Shown: positions 62,491 through 64,000 of the stretch, piece by piece | Position numbering within the stretch: position 1 is the first letter of the stretch | Layout of the letters: the number at the start of each line of letters is the position of its first letter | Assembly: GCF_018977255.1 (NCBI RefSeq) | Contig: NW_024704743.1 | Coordinates: 72,790,001 to 72,854,000 of the forward strand | Reading direction: 5' to 3' | DNA: 64,000 nt | Origin: Callorhinchus milii | Lineage: Eukaryota | Notes under the pieces: generated by a model | The model's database searches: none | What the model saw: only the letters and a program-made list of their open reading frames with translations | What the model was told of the DNA's origin: nothing | Made by a program: the position numbers and the translations under genes

Positions 62491-63930
62491 TATCATTATT
62501 TCTATATAAATGGAAGACAGGAATTTCATTTGCAACAAAAGGAGCATTGAGTTTAAGAGGAGGACAGATGGTTTTTTGAAAGGGAATTGGAAAATTTTGT
62601 TCCTACTCAAATTGTGTCTTGAAATCCTGCAATAATGAGACGATTATTGATTCTCCCTCTACTCTTGGGTCCTGTAAATAGCGGCCAGCTGAAAAACACT
62701 CCGAGTTCAATTCTTGTCAGAAAAACTTTCAATTTCCATACACAGAAGCTGAAAAAAGTTGCAGAAAGTTGCTTAGAGAAAAGTGTGTTGTTGGCTAACA
62801 GCAATATATAGAGCCCCTCACGCTGGAAAACCAAAGCACTCCATCTCAGTAGTTCATAGTAAACATTCCAGCAACCACAAGTATTACGCTGTGTGTCTGG
62901 ATCAACCATTGCCATGGATTAATCTACACAATAGTTTGGGGTCAAATTTGTGAAGTATTCCTTGCCCCTTAACATATATACATAAAACAACTTGCATTTC
63001 GTCACTCATTTGACTCTTTGAGTACAGTACAGCTTTCCAGTTACAACAGTTCACAGTTACTAGAAGTTTTACTTCAGTATCATTTTATGATTAAATTTGA
63101 AAGCATTTTTAAAAAACTCAATAGAGACAACTTAATTTCACATGTCTGGTGAACTAGAAGCTGAAATTTGAACTTCTAAGTTCTGGTGAGAATACTTCAC
63201 TTTATATGACAACAATTTGTCATAAAGAATAGATATTAGAAATGTTAGCCAATTTGCTGACATTTTAGTCACCTATAAATTTAGTTGTGCAAAAAATTAC
63301 AAAAGTACAATACAAAATTGCTCTCAATACGATGAATTGAGGCTGATAAAGAGTGTTGAAACTTTCCTCATGATAACTTTATTTGCTGCAAAATTCTGTA
63401 GGTGGCACACTAAAATGTGCCAAATTTGCCCGTAACCCATCTCTGTTCAGAAGAGATTCAGGCTCTTATCTGCTACAACTTTTAAAACCTCTTTGCAAGG
63501 GGGAAAAATAAATCCTACACCAAGACCATTTACTAAACATATTCTTTAGATAGTTTCCTTAGTCAGTGATGGGGATCAATGATCTGGGAGATCTCATGGC
63601 TAATCAGTGGTTCCAAGAATGGAGCAATAGGTTGTTCTCACCCGCAAGTTTAATCGAAAACTAGTTTGACAATTAAAGTCACTCCAATTATGCTGCATGA
63701 CTTAATAACACTGACTTAAAAATTCACACCCTGTGATTTCCTTCTGAAACTTTCATTCCAACATAAATGACTTCAGTAAAAATAAAACTGCAAAAACTTC
63801 GATACAAGAACCTGATCTTGTCTGACAATCAAAACAAGTGGATATTGAAGCTCAGACCAAAACAATTAAGATAGAACTGGATAAATATTTGAAAAGGAAC
63901 ATTGACAAACAACTATTCCAACAATAATTA

Positions 63931-64000
63931 CTAATAATAGTCCTTGCATTTGATATAGCTCCGTATCACATCTTCGAGACATCTCAAAGAGCTTCACAGA
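63931..64000 (-). mobile_element. SINE 3' end, cut by the window edge
   Basis: taatagtccttgcatttgatatagc...cacatcttcgagacatctcaaag. Confidence 0.88.

Noticed and set aside
40300..64000. CDK14 canonical exons 1-2 (MCDLIEP..., ALKKDDTTFDE)
   Set aside because: Not found; expected further upstream beyond the right edge, although a 32-nt exon could be missed by eye
1..64000. CRISPR array, retron or other prokaryotic RT system
   Set aside because: Repeats are dispersed retroposons, not regularly spaced direct repeats; all RT motifs belong to L2/CR1 LINEs in a spliced vertebrate gene

Overview
Vertebrate genomic DNA, AT-rich and repeat-dense. The repeat repertoire (L2 and CR1 LINEs, a tRNA-head/Deu-domain/L2-tail SINE) suggests a cartilaginous fish, probably a chimaera; this is inference. 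The whole window appears to lie inside the CDK14 (PFTAIRE1/PFTK1) gene on the minus strand. Three coding exons with canonical AG/GT ends and compatible phases are visible: 40042-40287 (246 nt), 28598-28692 (95 nt) and 22926-23005 (80 nt). About 21 kb upstream of the 246-nt exon, 61313-61382 matches in register the alternative first coding exon of human CDK14 as I recall it (MHGYFGCNAAAEPGYSAFVGTPQ), but here it has no ATG, a +1 frameshift and a stop, so it looks like a non-coding alternative first exon. The rest is intron: many 5'-truncated L2 copies (one very young with a TSD, one long endonuclease+RT copy holding nested CR1 and SINE), CR1 fragments, about 20 copies of one SINE family, older SINEs, Tigger-like MITEs, an unclassified dispersed repeat and a few enhancer-like islands. 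I see no prokaryote-type system. Nearly all ORFs in the track are repeat-derived or spurious. Repeat boundaries were read by eye and are approximate.
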